In this document: piece after piece, positions 30,625 to 39,286 of the stretch
Layout of the letters: each line of letters opens with the position of its first letter
Numbering within the stretch: position 1 is the first letter of the stretch
Sequence record: DRR378314_895
Length of the DNA stretch: 59,081 nt
Strand: one strand, 5' to 3'
Notes under the pieces: model-generated
What the model was told of the DNA's origin: nothing
The model's database searches: none
The model's input: only the letters and a program-made list of their open reading frames with translations
Translations under genes and position numbers: made by a program

Positions 30625-32121
30625 TCAGCTGCCGAAAGCTGGCCCGTTTGGTGACAGACGCAGGCCCGTGCGCAGGCGGGTAAAGGGCAGATCGGCGGGG
30701 CTGAACGCCATTGGGCCGGGCGCGAGGCAGATCAGAACTGCGCTGGCGATCGAGTCGAAGTCGGCACGGAAATGGGTCGAACTTTTGAGCACCAAAATCG
30801 ATTGATCCTCTGGCGTGATGCCGACAAAGCGGAACATTTCACGGTCGGCCAGTTGGGCAATCCGGCTGGTTACGACAACACGCACCCCGCCGATACGCAG
30901 GCAGGCTGCGGGGCTGAGATCGAGCCAGCTTCCGCCGTAGTATGGGCCGGTTGCATGCAACTTGCCCGTGACCAGACGTTCGACCACGACGTTGGTTTCA
31001 AAAGGAGGATCGGACACGTTGCCTGGGTCACCACCCAATGTCAGGCGCAGGTTGGCCCCCTCTCCGGCCTGAAAGGCCCGTGCCACCGCCGCAGGGTCGA
31101 CAAGCAGACCGAGCGCCGCGGATTGGGCATCTGCGGCGACAAGTGCCCGCAGCATGCCAGTGGTTGTTGCTGTTCCGCCCGCACCCGGATTGTCCTGGGT
31201 ATCCGCCAAGACCACTGGTCCCGTCAGGCCATTTGCCAACAGGCGCTGGGCTTCGGCGACCCCTTCGGATGCAGTGAAGGTCTTGTTGTCAAAATCTGTC
31301 TCGGCGGCCGTATAGGTCCGGTAAATATGATCCACAGCCTGATCTGCCCTGTCCTGACTGGGGGCAAAGGCGATGGCAACTGGGCCGCAATCGGGAATGT
31401 CGGCGGCCGGAAATCCCATGAACAGCGAGGCCGCAACGCCGGCGTCATCCATGGCTGAAACCTGACGGTAAAGGGTGCCGCCGGGCTCCATGGTGGTGCT
31501 TTGGAATGAAATAGGCACCATGTAGGGCAGCGCGCGATAGGCCTTTGCCGGACGTTTTTCGCTGCGCATGATCTCGTCAAGCAACCGTGCCGCGCGCCTG
31601 CCAGTGTCTGCCATGTCGATATGCGGGTAAGTCCGAAACGCGGTTAAGGCATCGACCGTATCGAGCAGTCGGCGCGAGATATTCCCGTGCAGATCCAGGG
31701 CCGCGGCTATCGGGACGTCCGGACCAACAACTGCACGGACCCGCGCTGCCAACTCGCCCTCGCCATCATCCAGATGACTGGTGACCATCGCGCCGTGCAG
31801 ATCAAGGAATACCCCATCCAATGGCCGCGCTTTGCGGAGGCCGTCGACGATTTGATCCGCGATGGTTTCAAATGCCTCCTCGGTGACATGTGCGGACGGG
31901 ATAGCTCCGGCCCAGAGGATCGGAAGGCTGTCCCAACCACATTGCTGCGCCACGTCGAGGGCGCCGCTGATACCAAGGTTTACCCCGGCTCCCACGTCGA
32001 GAAGGGCAGGGCCCGAGGTCATGGGGATGTAACCCCCACCGATCTCGAAAGCCTGCAGGTCGGCCGGATTGGGCGCAAAGGTATTTGTCTCGTGAAGAAA
32101 ACCGGCCAGTGCCACCCGCAT
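30625..32121 (-). CDS. M81-family metallopeptidase (MlrC-like)
   Basis: HETNTF, LDLHGAM, LDLHGN, RTYPHID, DNPGAG, KSSTHFRADF. Confidence 0.92.
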   Translation of the reverse strand: MRVALAGFLHETNTFAPNPADLQAFEIGGGYIPMTSGPALLDVGAGVNLGISGALDVAQQCGWDSLPILWAGAIPSAHVTEEAFETIADQIVDGLRKARPLDGVFLDLHGAMVTSHLDDGEGELAARVRAVVGPDVPIAAALDLHGNISRRLLDTVDALTAFRTYPHIDMADTGRRAARLLDEIMRSEKRPAKAYRALPYMVPISFQSTTMEPGGTLYRQVSAMDDAGVAASLFMGFPAADIPDCGPVAIAFAPSQDRADQAVDHIYRTYTAAETDFDNKTFTASEGVAEAQRLLANGLTGPVVLADTQDNPGAGGTATTTGMLRALVAADAQSAALGLLVDPAAVARAFQAGEGANLRLTLGGDPGNVSDPPFETNVVVERLVTGKLHATGPYYGGSWLDLSPAACLRIGGVRVVVTSRIAQLADREMFRFVGITPEDQSILVLKSSTHFRADFDSIASAVLICLAPGPMAFSPADLPFTRLRTGLRLSPNGPAFGS

Positions 32122-32171
32122 GGGAACCTCTCCGTTAAAACAAAACTTGCCGCTAGGGCAAGATTGCAGAC

Positions 32172-32198
32172 TGTATTATATAGTAATACATATGTATT
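32172..32198. promoter_or_regulatory. Candidate IclR operator (overlapping palindromes)
   Basis: TGTATTA-N5-TAATACA (32172-32190) and AATACATATGTATT (32185-32198) in the divergent promoter. Confidence 0.5.
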
Positions 32199-32251
32199 GA
32201 TAATTGAGCGTAGGCGGGTGATTTTAGATTCGTCAACAGGCAGGTGGTGCG

Positions 32252-33061
32252 ATGAAACCCATTTTGAGAGCAGCTCCGAGCCAGGAGATTAAGTTCGAGG
32301 CAGAAGCCGGTGATGCGCTTTTTGTACGGTCAGCGGCACGCGCGATGCAGGTTATGTCAGCGTTCCATGGCGTTAGCGGTCCGCTTAGCCTGACAGAGAT
32401 CGCGCGATTGGCGGGGCTTGACCGGTCGGCAAGCCAGCGCATTCTGCATACACTCACAAAATTGGGTTACATTCGGCGCAGTCCCGATGATCGCGGTTAT
32501 TTGCCCGGCATTCGCCTGCTGGATCATACTCTGGATGTGTTGCGTCTGGATCCCTTGGTGCAGAAGGCAACGCCGGTCCTGTTGGAGCTGCGCCGTTCAT
32601 TGCGCGAACGGATCGATTTGAGTCTGTTTGACGATACACGGTTGATCTATGCCTTTCGCATCCAGAGCAAACGCGAGACATTCTATGCGACGCTGGTGGG
32701 GCATAGTGTGCCGACATATTGCACAGCGGGTGGCCGTGCGGTGCTTTCGGTTTTAAGTGACGCAAACGCACAGGGAATTTTGTCGCGTTGCGACCTTGCC
32801 CCATATACGGAAACTACATTAACCGGCCCGACCGAGATCCTGCAGAAAGTCCAAGAGGCCCGCCGCAAGGGCTTTGCCATGGTAGTGGAAGAGTTTGTGC
32901 AGGGCGAAGTTGCGATCGGTGTTCCCCTTGCGCGTGATGGCGTTCCGTTAGGGGCGATCCATGTCGCGGGATCATTATCGGAATGGTCTCCTGCAACATT
33001 CGAACGCCAAGTCGCGCCGCTCGCGATGGAAGCTGCTCGTGCCATTGTAGGCAGCCTGTGA
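32252..33061 (+). CDS. IclR-family transcriptional regulator
   Basis: HTH LSLTEIARLAGLDRSASQRILHTL; YCTAGGRA effector-domain motif. Confidence 0.92.
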   Translation: MKPILRAAPSQEIKFEAEAGDALFVRSAARAMQVMSAFHGVSGPLSLTEIARLAGLDRSASQRILHTLTKLGYIRRSPDDRGYLPGIRLLDHTLDVLRLDPLVQKATPVLLELRRSLRERIDLSLFDDTRLIYAFRIQSKRETFYATLVGHSVPTYCTAGGRAVLSVLSDANAQGILSRCDLAPYTETTLTGPTEILQKVQEARRKGFAMVVEEFVQGEVAIGVPLARDGVPLGAIHVAGSLSEWSPATFERQVAPLAMEAARAIVGSL

Positions 33062-33289
33062 GGTCGTGCGGTTTGGTGCTCGCCCTTTACGTTGTTGGGT
33101 CCAATTAGGTTTTGAGCGTTTGGCCTACGGTTAACACCTGATCGTTGTCTGGGGCTGCGCAGCGGATGTCGAATATCCGGCAAGACTGAAATGAGGGGCG
33201 GAGCAGCGCGGTCTGACAAAGAAAATCCGATGTTATGCTGGAGTTGGCTTGCCGACCCAACCTGAACGACGCTAGGCTCTCGTTTCATC

Positions 33290-34309
33290 ATGAACGCGAC
33301 GCATATCCCTTCACCTGACAACGAACAGCTCGACGAGACCCCGATGGGACCCCGGCTGACCGTTGAGCTGTTTGTACAGCCGGGGTTTTCCCATTTGGAG
33401 CTGTCGTCGATCATCGCTGTATTGGAGACGGCTAATACCCTTGACGCAGGGGCTTGGTTTTCGTGGTGCATCACCTCGGATTCACCCGGCATCGTTGCAA
33501 GCAATTCTGACCTTCTTGTGCGCGCAGATCCTGCAATCGGCGTCCAGTACCTAAAGGATGTACTTTTCGTCGTCGGGGGGCACAATTATGGTGGCGGCAG
33601 TTGGTTGCCGCGTGTCCGAGCCATGCAAAAACAGCGCCGACCAGCGTTTTTGTTATCCGAGGCCGCCACAGCCTACATCCGGCGCTCGGCCCCGCTATCT
33701 GGACCGGCAACCACACATTGGCTGGATGTGCGCACGTTGCGCGAGGCTGGAGATTATCCGACGGTAAGCAACCGGCTGGTTGAAGACAACGCGGGAATTC
33801 TCACCTGTGCCGGTCGCTCACATACCGCTGAACTTGTCGTCCGGTTCCTGTCGCAATTAATGTCTCCTCAGCACTGCGCGGAGTTGGCGAGCATTTTGAT
33901 GATCGATACGGCGCGGGGCTATTCGGGTGAGCAGCCCAAGGGGGCCGCGCGCAATACCAACCTGTTGGAAGGACGGCTGGTCAAGGCCATGGCGGTCATG
34001 GAAGAGTGTATTGAACACCCGTTGCCGACAGCAGAGATCGCGGAGCGGGCAGGGGTGTCGGTGCGCCACCTTGAAAGGCTATTCCTTGCACATCTCAACA
34101 CCACACCCGCAAAGCACTACATGCAGTTGCGGCTGAAGCTCGCAAACAAGCTGATCACCGATACCAATCTTCCGATTGCGGAGATCGCATTTGCCAGCGG
34201 CTTTGCGTCTTCGACATCGTTGTCGCGTGCTTATCGGCGTGAATACGGGATGACGCCCTATCAGGTGAGGGCGCGGGATCGTGCGGGGGCCAGCCTGCGC
34301 GGCGCATGA
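33290..34309 (+). CDS. GlxA-type AraC regulator (DJ-1/PfpI-like domain plus HTH)
   Basis: ATTHW, ILTCAG; C-terminal GVSVRHLERLF...SGFASSTSLSRAYRREYGMTP. Confidence 0.9.
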   Translation: MNATHIPSPDNEQLDETPMGPRLTVELFVQPGFSHLELSSIIAVLETANTLDAGAWFSWCITSDSPGIVASNSDLLVRADPAIGVQYLKDVLFVVGGHNYGGGSWLPRVRAMQKQRRPAFLLSEAATAYIRRSAPLSGPATTHWLDVRTLREAGDYPTVSNRLVEDNAGILTCAGRSHTAELVVRFLSQLMSPQHCAELASILMIDTARGYSGEQPKGAARNTNLLEGRLVKAMAVMEECIEHPLPTAEIAERAGVSVRHLERLFLAHLNTTPAKHYMQLRLKLANKLITDTNLPIAEIAFASGFASSTSLSRAYRREYGMTPYQVRARDRAGASLRGA

Positions 34310-34478
34310 TCGGAGTTGGCCGCGCGGCGTGAGGTTGAACGGGCTCCAGTTGCCATGCTTCGGGTGGCACATGCCCACACAAGGCTTTGAATTCAGTGCA
34401 AGCATTCGTATTGATTGCAAGGAACACAAGTCAGGCGCTGTGTGTATCCACTGAAATAGGCTGGCAAAGGATAGAGAC

Positions 34479-35471
34479 ATGAAGGCAAACCCGATCTCCC
34501 CGACGATTCCACTGAATCAGGACGGTGTGCACCATGGGTTTCTGAAATTGCCCTACAGCCGCGACGACAGCGCCTGGGGCTCGGTGATGATCCCGATCAC
34601 GGTGATCCAGAACGGGGCAGGCAAGACCGCGCTATTGACCGGGGCCAACCATGGCGACGAATACGAGGGCCCCGTGGCGCTGCAAGAGCTTGCCGCCACC
34701 ACGCGCGCAGAGGATGTGACCGGGCGGCTGATCATCGTGCCCTATTTCAACTATCCCGCTTTTCGCGCCAGTGCGCGGACCTCGCCCATCGACAGGGGCA
34801 ACCTGAATCGCGCCTTTCCGGGCCGCCCCGATGGTACGGTCACGGAAAAGATCGCCGACTATTTCCAACGCATGTTGCTGCCGATGGCAGATGTGGCGGT
34901 GGATTTCCACTCTGGCGGAAAAACGCTGGATTTCGTCCCCTTTGCTGCCGCGCATATCCTTGAGGATAAGGGCCTTCAGGAGGCCTGCTACGCCGCCATG
35001 CAGGCCTTTAACGCGCCCTATTCAGTACAACTGTTGGAGATCGACAGCGAAGGCATGTACGACACCGCCGTCGAGGATATGGGCACGGTGCTGGTTACCA
35101 CGGAACTGGGCGGCGGTGGCATGTCCACGGCGCGCAGCAATGCCATTGCCAAGAAGGGCCTGCGCAATGTGTTGATCCATTTTGGTATTCTGCAGGGCGA
35201 GATGCAGATTGATCCCTCCGTGACGCTCGATATGCCGGATGGGGATTGTTTTGTGTTCAGTGAGCACGACGGTCTTTTTGAGATCATGGTCGATCTTGGC
35301 GATCATGTGGAAAAGGATGATGTGGTCGCGCGCGTCTGGTCGCCGGATCGCACCGGGCAGGCACCGGTAGAGTATCGCGCGCGCCGCGGTGGCGTGCTGA
35401 TCAGTCGCCATTTTCCGGGCATGATCAAATCCGGCGACTGTGCCGCCGTGATTGGTGTGGTCGAAGACTGA
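34479..35471 (+). CDS. doeB: N-alpha-acetyl-L-2,4-diaminobutyrate deacetylase (DoeB/EutE)
   Basis: SRDDSAWGSVMIP, GANHGDEYEG, DFHSGGKTLDF, TELGGGG. Confidence 0.92.
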   Translation: MKANPISPTIPLNQDGVHHGFLKLPYSRDDSAWGSVMIPITVIQNGAGKTALLTGANHGDEYEGPVALQELAATTRAEDVTGRLIIVPYFNYPAFRASARTSPIDRGNLNRAFPGRPDGTVTEKIADYFQRMLLPMADVAVDFHSGGKTLDFVPFAAAHILEDKGLQEACYAAMQAFNAPYSVQLLEIDSEGMYDTAVEDMGTVLVTTELGGGGMSTARSNAIAKKGLRNVLIHFGILQGEMQIDPSVTLDMPDGDCFVFSEHDGLFEIMVDLGDHVEKDDVVARVWSPDRTGQAPVEYRARRGGVLISRHFPGMIKSGDCAAVIGVVED

Positions 35472-35472
35472 C

Positions 35473-35952
35473 ATGCATCTGGATCAGCGCGACCTCGAAA
35501 TTCTCCGCATTCTGTCCCGCGATGGCCGCATCACCAAGGCGGCGCTGGCCGATCAGGTCGGCTTGTCGCCCACCCCCTGCTGGGAACGCCTGAAGAAGCT
35601 GGAGAAGGCCGGGCTGATCGAAGGCTATAACGCCCGCATCAACCTCAAGAAAATCGCCCCACACGTCACCGTTTTTATGGCTGCCGAACTGACCGATCAC
35701 ACCGCTGCCAGTTTTCAGTCCTTTGAGGCGGCGATGCAGCGCTATGATGAGGTCGTGGCCTGCTGGGCGCTGGGCGGCGGGTTTGATTATCTGTTGCAGA
35801 TCGTCACCTGCGATATCGACGCCTATCAGAGATTGATTGATGCGATGCTGGATGCGCGCATCGGTCTGAGCCGCTATTTCACCTATATCGTGACCAAACC
35901 GGTAAAGGGGGCAGGTGTGCCACCTTTGGAGATACTACTCAACGGCAGTTGA
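35473..35952 (+). CDS. doeX: Lrp/AsnC-family regulator (DoeX)
   Basis: LDQRDLEIL, VGLSPTPCWERLKKLE; lies between doeB and doeC. Confidence 0.85.
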   Translation: MHLDQRDLEILRILSRDGRITKAALADQVGLSPTPCWERLKKLEKAGLIEGYNARINLKKIAPHVTVFMAAELTDHTAASFQSFEAAMQRYDEVVACWALGGGFDYLLQIVTCDIDAYQRLIDAMLDARIGLSRYFTYIVTKPVKGAGVPPLEILLNGS

Positions 35953-36037
35953 ATCCTCTGCCTGCCGGGCAAACTTCAGTCACATCTTCTGAAAGGAACC
36001 CTGCACACTCCTTGGTAGAATTTCAGGAGGAGCAGAC

Positions 36038-37513
36038 ATGTCGTTAACGGCCCTGTCCGCGCGTGCGGAGATCAATGACAAATCGCTGGTGCGCTCATTT
36101 TCCTACATAAACGGGAAATGGTGCGCTTCATCCAACGGTGAGGTTGTCGCCGTTCATGACCCCGCCACCGGGGATGTCATAGGTGATGTGACCGCAATGA
36201 CGGCAGAAGATTCCTCTACTGCGGTTGATGCGGCGCATGCGGCGTTTGCCAGCTGGGCGCTGATGCTGCCGCAGGACCGTTGCGCCATCCTGCGCCGTTG
36301 GTTCGAGCTGATGATCGAACACAAAGAGGACCTTGCCCGGCTGATGGTGCTTGAGCAGGGAAAACCATTGTCCGAGGCACGCGGCGAGATCGACTACGGC
36401 GCAGCCTTCCTTGAATTTTATGCCGAGGAATCCAAACGCCCCAATATCGAGGGCGTCACCAGCCATCTGCCGGATGCGGAGGTTGAGCTGTGGCGCGAAC
36501 CGGTGGGCGTGGCCGCACTGATCACGCCGTGGAATTTCCCGTCCGCGATGCTGACGCGCAAGGCCGCGGCGGCGCTGGCGGCGGGCTGCACGGTGGTGGC
36601 ACACCCCTCAGGCGAGACGCCTTTCAGTGCGCTGGCGTTGGCGGAGCTTGCCGAACGGGCAGGCATCCCCAAGGGTGTCTTCAACGTGGTCACAGGAAAA
36701 GCCCCGGTGGTGGTGGAACCTTGGACGCGGGATGCGCGGGTGCGGGCCTTGTCCTTCACCGGGTCCACCGAGGTGGGCAAGCTCCTGTATCGTCAGTCCG
36801 CCGAGACGGTTAAACGGCTGGTGATGGAACTGGGAGGTCATGCGCCGGTCATCGTCTTCAAGAATTGCGATCTGGATCGCGCGGTTGCCGAGACCATGAA
36901 GGCGAAATTCGCCACCTCCGGGCAGGATTGCCTCGGCGCGAACCGCATCTTTGTTGAACGCGCCATTTATGAGGAGTTCTGCACCCGCTTTGTGGCCGCT
37001 ACGCAGGCGCTTACTGTGGGCAAGGGGATTGATGATCCCGACATCGGCCCCTTGATGAACGAAAAAGCCGTGCAAAAGCAGGAACAACATGTGGCCGACG
37101 CGCTGGAAAAAGGCGCCACATTGGCCTGCGGAGGCAATCGTCACCCGCTGGGGCCGCTGTTCTATGAACCGACCGTGTTGACCGATGTGCCTGCAGATGC
37201 GGCCATCCTGCACGAGGAAACCTTTGGCCCGGTCGCGCCGATCACGCCGTTTGACACCGAGGATGAGGTAATCCAGCGTGCGAACGACAGTGAATATGGC
37301 CTCGTCGCCTATGTGCACAGCCACGACCCGCGCCGGATCTATCGCCTGAGCCGCGCGTTGCAGTTCGGCATGGTGGCGGTCAATCGCACCAAGGTCACCG
37401 GCGCGCCGATCCCCTTTGGCGGCACCAAACAGTCCGGCATGGGGCGCGAGGGCGCACGGCTGGGCATGGAGGAATTCACCGAGATCAAATACGTCTGTCG
37501 CGACTGGGCGTAA
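36038..37513 (+). CDS. doeC: Aldehyde dehydrogenase of the GabD family, aspartate-semialdehyde dehydrogenase of ectoine catabolism
   Basis: ITPWNFP, FTGSTEVG, MELGG, SGQDC, EETFGP; doe context. Confidence 0.85.
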   Translation: MSLTALSARAEINDKSLVRSFSYINGKWCASSNGEVVAVHDPATGDVIGDVTAMTAEDSSTAVDAAHAAFASWALMLPQDRCAILRRWFELMIEHKEDLARLMVLEQGKPLSEARGEIDYGAAFLEFYAEESKRPNIEGVTSHLPDAEVELWREPVGVAALITPWNFPSAMLTRKAAAALAAGCTVVAHPSGETPFSALALAELAERAGIPKGVFNVVTGKAPVVVEPWTRDARVRALSFTGSTEVGKLLYRQSAETVKRLVMELGGHAPVIVFKNCDLDRAVAETMKAKFATSGQDCLGANRIFVERAIYEEFCTRFVAATQALTVGKGIDDPDIGPLMNEKAVQKQEQHVADALEKGATLACGGNRHPLGPLFYEPTVLTDVPADAAILHEETFGPVAPITPFDTEDEVIQRANDSEYGLVAYVHSHDPRRIYRLSRALQFGMVAVNRTKVTGAPIPFGGTKQSGMGREGARLGMEEFTEIKYVCRDWA

Positions 37514-37575
37514 CCCTCGGACCACGCGAGATTTTCCACCCCGCGGGTGGAGCACGGAAATAGGAAGGACACGAC

Positions 37576-38949
37576 ATGCTGAAGAACGATCAACTGGACC
37601 AATGGGACCGCGACAATTTCTTTCACCCCTCGACCCATCTGGCGCAACATGCGCGCGGTGAGAGCGCAAACCGGGTGATCAAGACCGCCTCCGGCGTCTT
37701 TATCGAGGACCGTGACGGCAACAAGCTCCTGGATGCGTTTGCCGGGCTTTACTGCGTGAACGTCGGCTATGGCCGTCAGGAGATTGCCGAGGCGATCGCC
37801 GATCAGGCGCGCGAGCTGGCCTATTACCACTCCTATGTGGGTCACGGCACCGAGGCGTCGATCACGCTGGCCAAGATGATCCTGGATCGTGCGCCGAAGA
37901 ATATGTCGAAGGTTTATTTCGGCCTTGGCGGGTCGGACGCCAATGAAACCAACGTCAAACTGATCTGGTACTACAACAACATCCTTGGCCGCCCCGAGAA
38001 GAAAAAGATCATCTCGCGTTGGCGCGGCTATCACGGTTCCGGGCTGGTCACCGGCTCCCTGACCGGGCTTGAGCTGTTCCACAAGAAATTCGACCTGCCC
38101 GTCGAACAGGTGATCCACACCGAAGCGCCCTATTACTTCCGCCGCGAGGATCTGAACCAGACCGAAGAGCAGTTCGTGGCCCATTGCGTGTCCGAGCTGG
38201 AGGCTCTGATTGAACGCGAAGGCGCCGACACAATTGCGGCCTTCATCGGCGAGCCGATCCTGGGCACCGGGGGTATCGTGCCACCGCCCGCAGGCTATTG
38301 GGAGGCGATCCAGACAGTCCTGAAGAAACACGACATTCTGCTGGTTGCGGATGAGGTTGTCACCGGCTTTGGTCGTCTTGGCACCATGTTCGGCTCTGAC
38401 CATTACGGCATCGAGCCTGATATTATCACCATCGCTAAGGGTCTGACCTCGGCCTATGCGCCGCTTTCCGGCTCCATCGTTGGTGACAAGGTCTGGAAAG
38501 TGCTGGAGCAGGGCACCGATGAGAACGGCCCCATCGGCCACGGCTGGACCTACTCCGCGCACCCCATCGGCGCGGCAGCGGGTGTTGCCAACCTGAAACT
38601 CATCGACGAGCTGAACCTCGTGAGCAATGCTGGCGATGTCGGCGCATACCTCAATGCCACCATGGCAGAGGCGCTGGGCGAACATGCCAATGTCGGTGAT
38701 ATCCGCGGCGATGGCATGCTCTGCGCGGTGGAATTCGTCAAAGATCGCGACAGTCGCACCTTCTTTGATGTGGCTGACAAGATTGGCCCGCAGGTCTCGG
38801 CCAAACTGCTGGAGCAAGACAAGATCATCGCGCGTGCCATGCCGCAGGGCGATATCCTGGGCTTTGCGCCGCCCTTCTGCCTCACACGCGCCGAGGCCGA
38901 TCAGGTGGTCGAGGGCACTGTCCGCGCGGTGAAATCCGTTCTGGGCTGA
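37576..38949 (+). CDS. doeD: L-2,4-diaminobutyrate transaminase (class III aminotransferase)
   Basis: MLKNDQLDQWDRDNFFHPSTHL, DEVVTGFGRLG, TIAKGLTS (PLP lysine). Confidence 0.9.
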   Translation: MLKNDQLDQWDRDNFFHPSTHLAQHARGESANRVIKTASGVFIEDRDGNKLLDAFAGLYCVNVGYGRQEIAEAIADQARELAYYHSYVGHGTEASITLAKMILDRAPKNMSKVYFGLGGSDANETNVKLIWYYNNILGRPEKKKIISRWRGYHGSGLVTGSLTGLELFHKKFDLPVEQVIHTEAPYYFRREDLNQTEEQFVAHCVSELEALIEREGADTIAAFIGEPILGTGGIVPPPAGYWEAIQTVLKKHDILLVADEVVTGFGRLGTMFGSDHYGIEPDIITIAKGLTSAYAPLSGSIVGDKVWKVLEQGTDENGPIGHGWTYSAHPIGAAAGVANLKLIDELNLVSNAGDVGAYLNATMAEALGEHANVGDIRGDGMLCAVEFVKDRDSRTFFDVADKIGPQVSAKLLEQDKIIARAMPQGDILGFAPPFCLTRAEADQVVEGTVRAVKSVLG

Positions 38950-38981
38950 TCTGCAGGTTCGACTCTGGTCTGATGTCAGAA

Positions 38982-39012
38982 AAACCGTCCGCGCCCTTGG
39001 CGTGGGCGGTTT
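38982..39012 (+). terminator. Rho-independent terminator after doeD
   Basis: AAACCGTCCGCGCC-CTT-GGCGTGGGCGGTTT stem with G-U pairs. Confidence 0.65.
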
Positions 39013-39286
39013 AGTCTATGCGACCCATGGGTTGCAGTTGATGTATGAGAGGCGTGCGGTGTCTTGTTATTCCGCCTCAAATATTCGGCTTTTGGTTTTT
39101 AACCGCTATTAACCGTTCTCCCCTATGGTCCTGAAAGCGGCATTCCGGTCTGCAGTAGCTCTGCCTCCGCGGTGCAGCAGCGAAGTGTGGTTGATCCGAC
39201 GCATGTTGGTGTCCCGTGTCACGGCTGCCGCCCATTTGGATGTGAGCCCATGCAGTGCAGTGTGAAAGGGGGCGTGCGGAAGCAAG

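Noticed and set aside
30625-32121. Microcystin degradation cluster
   Set aside because: Only an MlrC-family peptidase is present; mlrA, mlrB and mlrD are absent and the family is widespread.
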